Positions 16,154-34,989 of a DNA stretch of 64,000 nt are shown here, in pieces (the stretch's first letter is position 1; every line of letters starts with the position of its first letter). The position numbers and the translations under genes are program-made. The notes under the pieces are model-generated. The model made no database searches and was not told where the DNA came from. It worked only from the letters and a program-made list of their open reading frames with translations. Location of the stretch: contig MCFH01000009.1 in the NCBI GenBank assembly GCA_002104945.1, positions 558,001 through 622,000 on the forward strand, read 5' to 3'. This DNA comes from Piromyces finnis finn. Its lineage: Eukaryota > Fungi > Neocallimastigomycota.

Positions 16154-16907
16154 AGTAAAAATCTATATAAATTAATAATAATAATTTAAATACTAAAAAT
16201 TAACAAAAACTTTTTTTTATACAGTAGTAATGTAGATAGCTGAAACCGCTCATAAAAATAAATACATATACATTTTCATATTTTATCAATTTAATTATTT
16301 TTATTAAATTACTATTAGTAATTTCATAATTTCTTATTAACCTACGTTTATTTCTTTTATTATTATTATTAGCAATATTAAATATATATAATAAATTTAT
16401 TGATAATTCTATTTAAAATTTTAAGTAATAAAAAGTATTTTTTTTTTATATTACTATTTTGCTTTACTTTTTTTTTATTATTATTAATTTAATTGAGACA
16501 ATAACTCTAAAGAAAAAGAATTTTTTAAAGTGTAAAAAAAAAAAAAAAAATAAAAAGAAATATTAAAAAAATATTTATATATGTTTTATTATTATTTTTT
16601 TTTTTAATTTAAAAATTATATTATTAACAAAAATTAAAATTTCTTTTAAACATTTTCTATTAAATAATATATATTTAACCGATGATGATTGGTCAAAAAT
16701 CAAATTTTTAATTTTTTTTTTTTTCTTTTTTTTTTAAAAAAATAATGTATTATATTTTTTATATAATAAATATATTTTTTTAAATTTTAAAAATAAAATT
16801 CAAAATTAAGATTGAAGAATTTTAATTTTGAGATCTTTTTTGTATTTATTAATATTATTACTATTTGAATATACCAATAATAATAAAATTATAAATTATA
16901 AAAAAAT

Positions 16908-17734
16908 ATGCGTTTAGAAAAGTGTTACTTCTGTTCTTCAACTATATATCCAGGACATGGTATTACATTTGTCCGTAATGATAGTAAGGTATATAAAGCA
17001 AATCATTTATCAATTCTTTAATCTATTTTAAGGATGCTTTAAGATATAAATAAATAAAAATTATTTTATTTTCAAAGGATTAAACAAATTGACTATTAGA
17101 GATTTATACTACAACATAAGAATAAGAAAATAATTTAAAAAGTCAATTTAAAATTTAAAAAAATAATTTTACACAATGAAAGTTTAAAATATATATATTA
17201 AGATAGTAAATATAAATCAAAATACATTATTAAATTTCGTTTATCACAAATAATTAGGTATTCAGATTTTGTCGTTCTAAATGTCACAAATCATTCAAAA
17301 TGAAGCGTAATCCAAGAAAGGTTCGTTGGACTAAGGCTTTCAGAAAGGCTGCTGGAAAGGAAATGGTTATTGTAAGTAAAATAATATATACTTAAATAAA
17401 CAAATTTAAAATTAAGCTAATCATAAAAATTTTATAAATTAAATAGGATTCTACCTTTGAATTTGAAAAACGTCGTAACATTCCAGTTCGTTATGATCGT
17501 GATATGATGGCTACTACCTTAAAGGCTATGAAGAGAGTACAAGAAATTCGTAAACGTCGTGAAAGAGTATTCTACAAGAACAGAATGAAGGGAAAGAAGG
17601 AACACGAAAGACAACAAAATATCAAGACAATCAAGAAGAATGTCGAACTTATATCTGGTCCATCACTCAAGACAAAAGAATTATTACAAAAAATACAACA
17701 AAAGGAAACAAAAACAGAAATGGATTTATCATAA
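16908..17734 (+). CDS. RLP24: Ribosome biogenesis protein Rlp24 (L24e family), 3 exons
   Basis: [63 protein letters not shown]...[14 protein letters not shown]. Confidence 0.96.
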
Positions 17735-18403
17735 ACAATTTACCCATAATTCAAAAAAAGTTATTTCAAATTTATATTTATAACATTACCATTTTATCAG
17801 TATATAATATAATATAAAATTAATAAATTATTTAATTAGTAATAAAGAAAATAATATCTTTTCATTTTAGTTTTTTTTTTTAAAAAAAATATTAATCATT
17901 CATTTGTTTATTTATTAATATTTTATCTTATTTAATATTTCATAGAATTATGTATTTTTAATTTCACAATAAACTAAATAAATAATGAATTTAAAATAAT
18001 AAATAACAATTAATGTGTAAATGAAAGTATAATATATTATTACTACAGATTAACAAATGAATTATAATTTAAAAGAAAAGGAAGAAAATAACTTTGTATT
18101 TTGAAAATAATTATAATTATTGATAGATTTTTTTATTTAGTAAATTCTCCTGTTTATTTTACATTTAAATTTTAATAATTAATATATAAGAAAAAAAAAA
18201 AAAAAAAGGTATTTTATTCTAGTAATTAATAAATAAAGATATTTAAAATGTATAATAGAAGAGAATTTTTTATGAAAAAAATAAAATTTGTATATATGAA
18301 TAATATCATATATATTCAAATTCAAATGAAATTTGTATATGTAAATAATTATAGTTTTGTATGAATAATTTAGGATAAATAAAAAAAAATAGCGATTTAT
18401 TAT

Positions 18404-19095
18404 TTATTCGGCTAATTCAGTATAGTATAATTAAAATATACAAAATTTTATGAGATTAGATGTTTATTTTAATAAGCATATATTGTTTATATTAAGATAG
18501 GTAATATTAACTTACATAGTTCTTCATAATTACTTGATACTTCATCCTCTTCTTCATCCTATAGGTGAAAATGTAAAATATTAATATTTCTTTTAGTAAA
18601 TTATTTTTAAAATTACTTTTATATATAATAAATATTATATATTACCATTGATGTTGGTGTGTTCATTTGTTCTACCTTTACCTTTTTCCTATTATATATA
18701 ATTATATTATTTATATTTTTATTTTTATTCAATTGACGTTAATAAAATTTTATATTTCTTTTCTTATTTCTTTACTTATATTTCTTATATACAAACCTTT
18801 GCCCACTTTCATCATCTATATCACTCTCCATTTCATCCATAGAATCAATTCTTCTTTTATTTAAACCTTCTATATCTTTTTTGAAATCTACCTCTACAAA
18901 GTCTTCTTTTTCTGTTGATGAATCATCATCACTATCTTGATATTCACTAATTGGTGTTAAAATTAGTCTTATATTATCATTTGATGACATTTTTAGTTGA
19001 TCATAGAAATCATCTAAATCTTTTGTTATGAAAATCATTGTCATTATATTAGTTGTAGTTGTAATAGTAGTGTTTTTAATTTATTACATTTATGA

Positions 19096-19129
<34 letters not shown>

Positions 19130-20656
19130 TTTAGAATTAGAATTAGAACTAGAACTAGAATTACTATTATTTTATAATTTATATATAAATAAAAAATCTT
19201 TTAATATTATACATGAATCATCTAGATCTTCATCAATTAATAATATATCTTTTTTCTTTTCAATTTCTTCTTCTTCATCAGGCTCATTTTCTTCTGGTCC
19301 AGGGGCTACTCTTTCACCCGTTACTGTACTAAATTGATACCATGCTGGTAATTCATTTTGTTTTCTATATAACAAAAATGATATTTTTTATAAAAATATA
19401 TGTGTTTAATTACAGTTAATTCACTATTATATTTTTAATAATAAAAAATACCTCTTTAATTTATTTTCTTCTTCCTGCTTTTTTCTTAATAATGTATCAT
19501 CAGAATCTTGAAATTCTATTACAATTTCACCTGTAATATCTTCAGTATCTTCTGCAATTCTAAGATCACGTTGATCTTTTTGTCAAGTAAAATTAATATT
19601 ATATATTAATTAATTTTAGTATTAAAATAGTATTAATATATTTATTATTTAACTAACTTGATAAATTAATTTTTTCTGTTACGGTAGTATTTCCTGATGC
19701 AGTTGGTGTATAATCTGGAATAACCAATTCATCAGTCTTTTTCAATAAATCAACAATTGGTGCACACTGAAGCATAAGTCTAAATATGCACATTCATTAT
19801 TTAATAATGAATTAATTTTATAAAATTTAACCTTTTTATCAAAAAAATTTTTTATTTTAAATTATTTTACAAACTTTGAATATAATTCTTGTCCAGCATT
19901 TTCTGATTCTTTATTATTTTCCTGTATTAATTCTGTACGACAATATTCACACATAAATAGATTCGTCATAGGATCAACTAATCTAAGAACATCTAATGGA
20001 GTAAATTTATTATCACATGAGGGACAACGATATCCTTTATTTTGTAATTCCTATTAATTTAAAAAATCCCAGTTCATAAGATTTAATTTATGAGTAATTA
20101 TTATTTTTAAATATAAATGACAAAATAATAAGTATTAATCACTTTTTAATAATTACATTTTCTCTTTTTTCATTAATTTTCTCTGTCATTTGATGTATTT
20201 TCCATTTTACAGTATCAACAAATAATTTATAATCAATATAATGATATTGTTTGGTTCCCATTCTTCCATCGCTTCTTTGTTCCTGCCTTGGTTCTCTAAA
20301 TTTTTAAAAGATAAATTAAATTTAAATCTACATATTTTTATTATTTTGATAATTTGAATAATACTTGATTTTGATATTTACGATTTTATTAGTTGATCTT
20401 CTTTCAACTTTCCACATATTTTTTGAATTTCTTTTGTTCTTAGTTTCACTCTTGAAGCTATATCTTCTTCTTTTAGACTTTATAAATGATTATATAATAC
20501 TACTTTAATATAATAATAATAATATAGAAATGAAATTTAAATTATTAAAGCTTACGAATTCACTCCATCAGTTGATAATAAGTCAAGTACGACAATATAC
20601 TCAGGTGTATAATAAGCCCTTGCGACTTTTTTAACCATTTCATGAAATACTTCCAT
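18404..20656 (-). CDS. TFA1: Transcription factor TFIIE large (alpha) subunit (multi-exon)
   Basis: Winged-helix N-terminus (VARAYY..LKEEDIA..IQKICGKLKEDQL), YIDYKLFVDTVKWKI, zinc ribbon CPSC..CEYC, PIVDLLKKTD, LPAWYQFSTV, acidic tail. The last coding exon is predicted to be only 8 nt (CCGAATAA). Confidence 0.9.
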
Positions 20657-21446
20657 TTTTTATATTATTATTTATTTATCTTTCTCAAATTCTTTACAAC
20701 TTTATTTTTATTTTATTTTTTTAATATTTTTACTATTCTATTTAAATATAAATTGTTATATTTTAAAATTATTAAAATAATTGTTTTGTATTATTATTAA
20801 AAAATAACTTAAATTATAAATGAAATTCAAAAATATATTTTGCTTTATAAAATATAGATATTATTTATAACTCTATATATATAATAAAAATAAAAAAAAA
20901 AAATATATTTGATTTAAAATTAATAGACTAATTTTTAATATATGGGTATTATTATATTTTTTAAAATATTGCTTTAAAAAAAATATATTTGGTATTATTA
21001 ATCTTCTATTAATTCAAATTGTATAAATTGTATATAAAAAACTTATATGATAAAAATTATAATAATGATATATTGAAAAATATAAAAATAATATAGTAAT
21101 TAATTTTTATATTTTTATAATGAATTTATCGATATGAGAATAAATAATTGTTATTTATAAAATTATAATTTTTTTTAAAAAAAAAAATAATATAAATAAT
21201 TTTAATATGATTCCGGAATGAATTTTTCTTATAAAAAGAAGAAGGGTTTATAGAAAATAATTATTAATATTAAATCATTAATAATCCATTTCTTTTCATT
21301 TATTTAATACATTATTTAAATGTATAATTTAAAGATTTTGCTTTATTTATTACTAAAATTTTTGATTTTTTTTGTTTATTTATATATTTTTGCAATTGTT
21401 TAAATAAAATGGCCTATTTACACAATCACTTATATATATGTGTGTG

Positions 21447-21480
<34 letters not shown>

Positions 21481-21892
21481 TGTGCTTATGAATTTATTAT
21501 TTATTATTCTATAATTATTTTATACATTTAATTTTTTATCTATTAATTATGTAATTGTAATTAAATATCTTTTATACAATAAATTCTTCTAATAAATGAT
21601 TATAAAAACAATTATAATTATTATATAAAGAAATAAAATTATTGAGTTATTTTATTAAAATTATATTTTCTAAAATAAATTAACATTATTTTTATAAAAA
21701 ATAAAATAAAAAAATAAAAAAAAAATTTTTTTATACATATTTAATATATTCTAATTGGTAATTAATGCTTATATAAATTCTATTGATTTAATAAATAAAA
21801 TTACATTTTTCAATATATTTAATTTTTTTTTCTGTATATTATAAAAAAAAAAAAAAAAAGATAAATAGAAAATATTTTCTAAATAATTTTTT

Positions 21893-24806
21893 CTATTCAT
21901 CAATAACTTCACCACTTTCTTTAATACTTTTTATAGATGTATCCATCTTTGTAACTTCTCTTAAAGCCATTGTTGCATAACTTGAGGTTGGCAAGGAAAA
22001 TGAAATTTGTAATGCTTTAAATTTTCCATCTATATTATTAATTAATTTGTTAAAACATATCACTTAATTTATAAAAATTTTTATATTATAAAAATTTAAT
22101 TCTAAATATTTGAATTTATTATATATACCTGGAATGTTAATTGGGGCTTCCTTTCCATTTATTTTATCTAAATCTGTTAATGCTAAATCAGCATCTTCAT
22201 CATTATATCCAATGATATTCCTATTCAATATTTTAATTTATTTCATTAATTATATATATCAATAAGAGTTTTATTTTTATTTTTAATATACCATTCAACA
22301 TTTCCTGGTTTAACAATTAATTTACGATAACTTCCAGGGAGGAAATATTCTCTATTAGAAATTTAATAAAAAATTAATATTTTAACTCTTTTATTTAACA
22401 AAAACTATAATATTACTTATAATAATTCAATTATTTAATTACTTATTAATTATCTTCATATCTTTTGGATCAATATCATCTTTTTTTAATAAATCTTCAT
22501 AGTAGTTCTTTATTTCATTTTCTGGATATATAATATCATGACCTGGCATTGGTAACACAACATCATATATAGTGTATTTATCAATATTTTCAGAAGTGAT
22601 TATATCTGGTTTTTCTTTATTATGTTTTCCTCTTTTTTTACTATCCATTGCCTTTTGTTTTTCTTCAGTAATTACTAGATCACCGATTGCAGGCTTATAT
22701 CCATATTTTTCAATATGATAAGTTGCAGCTAAATTCCAAATATAGCTTTGATAAGCATGTACATACATCATTCTTAAATTTCTTGGAATCTATAGTGAAA
22801 TAATTTTAATATAAAGGATTTAACATTTTTATATAAAACTAATTATATATATAATAACAGTAATAGTAATGATATTATCATTATTATTTTTACATTAAGT
22901 AAGGCATTACTATAAGCATTTATTTGATCCATTTTTTCAAATGCTTTTAATATTGAAATTTCTGCAGTACAATTTTTTGGCATTTCTTCTAAAGCTTTTT
23001 TAGGATCATGAGAGTCTTTCCATATTTTTCTTGCTTTTCTTACTCTTTCACTTTCTACAATTATAAATTGCAATAATTATAAATAAATATATATTTTTTT
23101 AATTATATATTTATATATTTATTTATATTAAATGTACCTCCTATTTTTTCCATTAATATTAAGTCAACAGCTTTTCTCCAATTTTTCTTCAAAATAGCTT
23201 TTCCAACCTCATAAGTTGGTAATGAAGTAGTACCAAATCTTTGCATACCAAAATAATTAATAAATCCAATATTTTTTAAAGATTTAATCGCATTTTCAAT
23301 GATATTATTATCATCAATAGATAATTTACTAAATATATATATATTATATTAATTAAAATGAAAATAGTATATGATTTATTAATAAAAAGTAAGTAATAAA
23401 AGCTTGACTCACCGTAATGTTATATTAAATAAATTTCCCTTAAGATCTCCGAGTTTTAGACCTTTTTTTACAAACTTAAAGTTACCGAGTTGAATACCTT
23501 GTGCTAATAAATGTTTATTAGCTTTTTCTATTTTTTCTGGGGTCATATGATAACCTGTAACATTCTGAACAGTAATACCACGTTTATCTTTTGTTCCAGC
23601 AATGCCCAAACTTCTTGATGTTGTACTACATAAATTTAAGGTTAAAATAGCAATTATAATTTAAATATCTAAAATATTAAAATACTTACTATAATGTGTA
23701 TGCAATTATATTAATAGCATTCATTGTTTCCTTATTGGTTTTAAACATTGTAAACTGACAAAATTCTCCGCCTAATTGTTTCCAATAGCTATCTCCTTTT
23801 TGAGAAGAACGCATGTCAGTATTTCTACCATTAGCCCAATGAATATTAATTTGAACTGTGTTTATTTTTGTTTCAGTTTCTATTCTATTTGAAAAATGCT
23901 TTCTAAAAAATTGATGAAGTTTTGTTCTATCTTCTTTATTTGGAATATCCTTTTTTAAGCAATTAAGATTTTATGTGTTATTTTAAATATTTTAGTTATT
24001 CTATTTATTATTTAGCTTTTTTTTTTCTTTTTTTTTAACATATATATATTGATTTAGTATACCTCAGTTGTAACAACAGTATTATCTTTTCCATTATCTT
24101 TTACTATTTTTTTTATTTTTTCAATTTTTTCTTCATCTTTTATATAATCTTTTAATAATTCAAAAGCTTTATTATCTTTTTCTTCTTGAGATAATGAATC
24201 ATCAACTTCACTTTCAACCTATAATTATATATAATTACTATTCGTGTTTTTAAATTACAGCATCAAAAAATTTATAAAATTTGTTACCTTTTTTTTTTCA
24301 TATTTAAGGTTGGTTAAATGAACCACATTTCCTTTTTCATCGATTTCATTAACAAGAAAATCATTATACCTAGTAATTTTTTTTACCTTACTTAGATTAT
24401 TTATTGTTTTAAAATATATTTATTATATGTTATGTACCTTTGTTTCAAAGAAACAGTAAAGCCTGGATTGTTTTCATTAATAAATTTTGTAATTCCAACA
24501 TCTTTTTCATAAGGAAAATCATTTTTAAAATTATTTGATTTTTTTAACGAATTTAAAGTTTCATTATTAATTACTATTAATTCTTCATTTTTCAATTTTT
24601 TATTTTCTGGATTTAAATTTGTGGAATTATCTTCTCTATATTATTATATAGTATTGTATTTTCATATTAGTATAATGACACAATTATGTATATTATGAAT
24701 TTTATAAAATATAATAATGGATAAATATTATATAAATATAAATATTAAAATAAAAATTTACATTAAATTATAATTACCTTTTTCTTTTATTGTCTGTATC
24801 TTCCAT
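21893..24806 (-). CDS. PUS7: TruD-family pseudouridine synthase Pus7 (multi-exon)
   Basis: [13 protein letters not shown], catalytic [62 protein letters not shown]. Confidence 0.95.
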
Positions 24807-24888
24807 TTTTATTTTATTTTAATACTTTTTTATTATAATATAAAATCGAATTTTTATTTAAAAAAATTCAAAATCAATCAATTTACAT

Positions 24889-24898
24889 ATCACGTGAT
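24889..24898. promoter_or_regulatory. Palindromic E-box ATCACGTGAT in the ~300-bp divergent PUS7/CAP-G promoter
   Basis: Perfect 10-bp palindrome containing CACGTG (Cbf1/USF-type RTCACGTG) between head-to-head start codons at 24806 and 25103. CpG-containing motifs are rare in this background. Confidence 0.45.
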
Positions 24899-25102
24899 CG
24901 GATTAATTTATGTTCAGCATTTTATAAAAAAAGTTTTCTAGCACGACTCGTACTTCAAAGATTTATAAGTTTATTTTAATATTCTAGTAGAATGAATAAA
25001 AAGTTAGACATATTAAAGAAAAAGGATTTTTAATTTTAAAAAAAAAATAAAATTATATAGCATTAATTCCTTTATATTATATAAAAAAAATAATTATAAA
25101 TA

Positions 25103-30169
<5,067 letters not shown>

Positions 30170-30706
30170 AATCAAACCAACCGATGGAAATTGTAATAAT
30201 AGTAGCAGTGTTATGACTGACCAAAATATTAATAAGGATAAAGAATAATTCAATGAATTTAATTATTATTGTTGTTATTATATATTTATTTATTCATTTA
30301 TTCATTTATTTAAATTTTTTTTTCTTTTTCATATATATAGAAATAATATACATTCTTTTATTATTTATTTTAAAATTTGAAATTTATTTATTTATCAGTT
30401 TTAATTGTCTCATTTTACACTTTTTATGTAATATACTTTCAAAAATCGAGATTTTAATATTATTGTCATACAAAATAATAAATTATTTAATAATTTATTT
30501 TTATTTATTAAATTTAATCTATAATAAAAAAAAATATATACTTAAAAATGAAAAAAATATAAATTCAAAAAAAAAAAAAAATAAAATAAAGTTGTTTAAT
30601 CACTATCTTTTATATATCGTATAAAAAAATAATAACTAAATAGAATATATAATAAAATTAACCAAAATAATTTAAAAAAAAAAAAATTTATAAAAGAAAT
30701 TTAAAA

Positions 30707-31186
30707 ATGGCCTATTGTATGCAATGGTTTATAGTGTTGTTATTAATTCCATTCCCTAATTCACCATCTCTATTTTTAATGTTATATATATTAGCATTAA
30801 TGTTACGTCATAAACCAGTAATTACATATTAATTATTATTATTATTATTATTATTATCATCATTTAATTTTAATTTATATTTATACATCTTTTTCTACTA
30901 TAATAATTTATTTTTTATTATGAATACTAATATGTATATATAAATTATTTCTATTTTATTATTATTATAATCAAATCAAAATATCTATGCTATAACATAT
31001 AAAAAAAAAAAGTGTTTATATTGTACACTGATAATAGTAGCATTGTTTTATTCGTCAGGGTTGCTATACTCAAGTGATTTATTCAGTATCCAAAAAATAT
31101 ATGGAAGACAATGGATCGATAAAGGAATATATTGGATAACCAATTCAAAATTTAAAAATATGGAATATGGAAATATACCATTGTAA
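30707..31186 (+). CDS. BLCAP: BLCAP/BC10-family small membrane protein, 2 exons (absent from ORF track)
   Basis: MAYCMQWFIVLLLIPFPNSPSLFLMLYILALMLRHKP | CLYCTLIIVALFY... matches the family pattern MYCLQW..LLIP..ERKPCTIC. Phase-0 intron ends at 31012. Confidence 0.85.
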
Positions 31187-32023
31187 ATTTATTACATATC
31201 TATATATCAAAATGATAAAGCAATAGAGTACACAAAAAAAAAAAAGTTTTCTTAGACAATATATCAAAATAAAATAATAACTAAAAAGGAGGAAAAAAAA
31301 AAAAAAAGGAAAAGGAAAAGCATAAATAAATAATATCATTCAAATGGAATTCAAATGTCACATAATTTACAATAAAAAAAATATTGGTATCTTTATAAAT
31401 TTTAACTATCAATTATATTTATATGAAATTCTAAAAAAAATTAAAATTTCTAATTTCTAATTTTTATGTATTATAATTGATATCACTATAAAGTGATTAA
31501 TATATACTTTCTAAAGATAAAAATTAAATGGAATTATATTATTTATAAATTATTAATTATTTTTACTATTTTCCCAATTTATTTTTTATTATACTTTGTT
31601 GATATTTTACATGCTCTACAAATTTAATAAAGAAATTAAATTATATTATTTAATTCATATAATTTATTAATATATCCCTTTTTAAAGAGTAAAAAGATGA
31701 TATTAAAAAGCATATTATCCTATCATCTTATATACAGAAATGATATTATCTTTATTTTATATATATAATAATGGTAACTTTTTATTAAATGTTATTTTAT
31801 ATAATATATAAAAACAATATTATTCATAATCGTTTAACTTTCTTAAAAAAATGTTACATAACGAAGAAAAGATGTTCAAAACTAATGTATTTTATTTCAT
31901 ATTTTATATTATATTAATTATGTTTAGTATTTAAATTACGATAACTAAAGGAAATCAATATTTTTTTTATTTATTTTTTGTTATATTTAATAGTTGATTT
32001 GTTTTATTAAATTGTCAATATTC

Positions 32024-32733
32024 TTAATAAATCCGTAGTAATTTTTCAAATTGTTTATATAAATCATGATGTGTTTCACCAAAAATTATTTCAATATTTT
32101 CTAAAGTTTTTCCTTTACCCTATTTTTTAAATAAAACAAAAATTAAATTGAATATATGTTTTATATTAATATCAATATCAATATATAAAAATATATTTCA
32201 TTATTATAATTGGCATACTTGGTCTCTATTATTATATGCTTTAACATTTGAGAGTAGCGAAGTAAACTATTGACGAAATAATATAGTAAATGTATATATA
32301 TTTATTATATTAATTATAATTATCTTAAAGTTATTAATATTATTTACATACTTGATCATATGATAATTTGGATCTAGCTAATTTAAAGAAATCTCTTCCA
32401 TCAATAGTTTCTGGTGGATGTTCTTTTGGAATTGGACTATCATATGTTTTTTTTAATGCTTCTTTTATATATTAATATGTTAATTTTTATAATTATCGCT
32501 AAAATTAAAATTTAATTTTTGTGTTTGGAGTTTTTTCATTAATACCTTTTTTGGTATAGCATTTTCCATTAAAATCATTGAAATCATCTAAGTCATATTT
32601 ATTAAATAACAACGTTGATGTTGATGATACATTTGAATTTGATTTTAAAGGTGATAAAGAATCTTTATTACTATTTAATTCAGATTGTTTGATAAAATCA
32701 TCCTCAATACTATTATTGTTGTTATATTAAGTG

Positions 32734-32765
<32 letters not shown>

Positions 32766-33671
32766 ATTATTATATTTATATAAATTTGTTTTATTAATAA
32801 GTGTATTACGACTTAATTCTTACTTATTATCTTCTTTTATACCACGTTTATTTTCTATTTAGCATTTTATAAAATAAAGTTAAACATTATTAATAATAAT
32901 ATTTATAAAATTTCACAGTATTATTATAAAAAATTATAAAAATTACCCTAAAAATATATAGAATATGAAAATAATATGGGTATATTTAATTTTTTATACA
33001 TAGATTAAATACTTAAAAAAATAAATATAATTATTTAATATATACTTTGTTTTTAGAAATATATTTAGTTTTATATTCTTCAATGTCTTCTTCGCCAAAC
33101 GACTGAAGAACGTTCTTTTTAAAATTCGATAATTTTGCTATAACTTTTGCCATTTCATTCATTTTTTTATCACATTTATAAATATAACTTTCTAATTGTG
33201 TGATTTTTTGAGCATACTCTACAATTATATAATATTATTTAAATAATTTAAACAATAAATAACATCATTTAATAATTCTAATAGATATTATATTTTTAAA
33301 TATTAAAATATTAATATAAAAAAAAAAAAATACAAATTATAGTATTTAAATATATTTATATTAAAAAAACTTCATTCTAAAAACCTTTAATTTCATTTTG
33401 TTTTTGAATAAGCTCATTTCTCAATAAAATTACTTCAGAATCTTTTTCGGTTATCTTAAATATATATATATATATATTCAAAACAAAAATTTAAAAAAAA
33501 TTATTAGAATAATTCGGGAAAAAGTAAAGACTATAATAGTACAATAAAAATCTACTATTTTATTATATTATTTAATATTAATATTAAATATACCTTGTTA
33601 TTAAAAGCATTCCTAACTGCATTAACTGCATTCTCAAATTCTGATTCTAAATTTGCCGATGTTGTATTCAT
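32024..33671 (-). CDS. Uncharacterised coiled-coil protein resembling the Arabidopsis At4g15545 family; predicted 1-nt exon at 32947
   Basis: Coil ending KLSNFKKNVLQSFGEED. C-terminal domain IDGRDFFKLARSKLSYDQFTSLLSNVKAYNNRDQGKGKTLENIEIIFGETHHDLYKQFEKLL resembles the VDGKEFFRQVRSRLSYEQF...EIFG...LY..FE.LL motif I recall for that family. Confidence 0.75.
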
Positions 33672-34989
33672 TTCTACTTTTCCTCTTTTGTATTTTATAT
33701 TTTATCTTTTTTTTTTTTTAACTGATTATCTTAATATTTTTCATAAAAAAAAATATTTAATTTATTCAAATAAAAATATTAAAAAAATAAAATAAATATA
33801 TTGAATCTTCTCAATATATAATAAACTTTATTAACTTTCAAGATGAAAATGCATTACTTTTAAACTTTTTTTTTTTTTTTCATAAAAATTTTGTATTCTA
33901 TTCTTTTATTTAAATCTTTATTAATCATAAAGGGTTTAATATTGAAAAATAAACAATAATATATACTTCATAAACTTCAAAATATTTTTTCAAACGATAT
34001 CTAATATATAATTTGCTCTATTATTGTTTATCAAAAAACTTTAATTACTATTAATTTATTATTAAATGAATATTTGAAATTTTAAATATAATAAAGTTTT
34101 ATATACAACCTTGATCATTTTCACTTTCATACCAATGTTTAATTTTTACAAATAAATATATTATAAATGTAATGAATATTCTAAAAAATATAAATTATAT
34201 ACCATTATAATAATTATGTATATAGTCATTTTTAAAACTAGTAATAATATCAAATAATGAATTTTTCATTCCTAGTTCATTTTAAAGATTAATGTTCCCA
34301 TTACATTTATAAAACTTTTATGATTCGATATATATGTATATATATTGAAATAAAAAAAGAAATTATCTGGTTTCTTTCCTTGACTTATAATATGTATTTA
34401 TTAATGAGTTTAACACTTCTAAAAAAAAAAAAAAAAATATCTGATTGGAATTCTATAATCAATTTTGATAAAAATATGTAATTTTTTTGATATTTTATTT
34501 ATTATAATGCTTAAAATTATTATTACATGAAAATACTTATTAAAAAAAAATAGAAATAATTAAATAAATAATAATAAATAAATAAATAAACACTAATAGC
34601 AATTAAAATTAATAGATTCTATCATTTTATAATTATAAATATTCAAAACATTCATTAAATATATTTCAAATTTAAAAAAAAAAAAAAAAGATAAAAGAAA
34701 AAAAGAAAAAAAAAAAGGAGAGAATTAATAAAATAATAAAAAAAATAAGCCGAAAAAAAAAAAAAAAAAAAGGTATAAAGTAAAGCAATTTTTTTCTCTC
34801 TTTTTTTTTTTTTTTTACCAGAATAGCATTAGGTTTTTATCTCAGATATAATCTATTGTTCTAATTTAGAACACTGAATAAACTTTATAAATTTTAATAC
34901 TGTATATTGATATTTTTTATGTACTATGTACATATTATTATTAATGATAAATCTTTGATTAATTAATAGATTCTTTTTTTTAATTCTTC

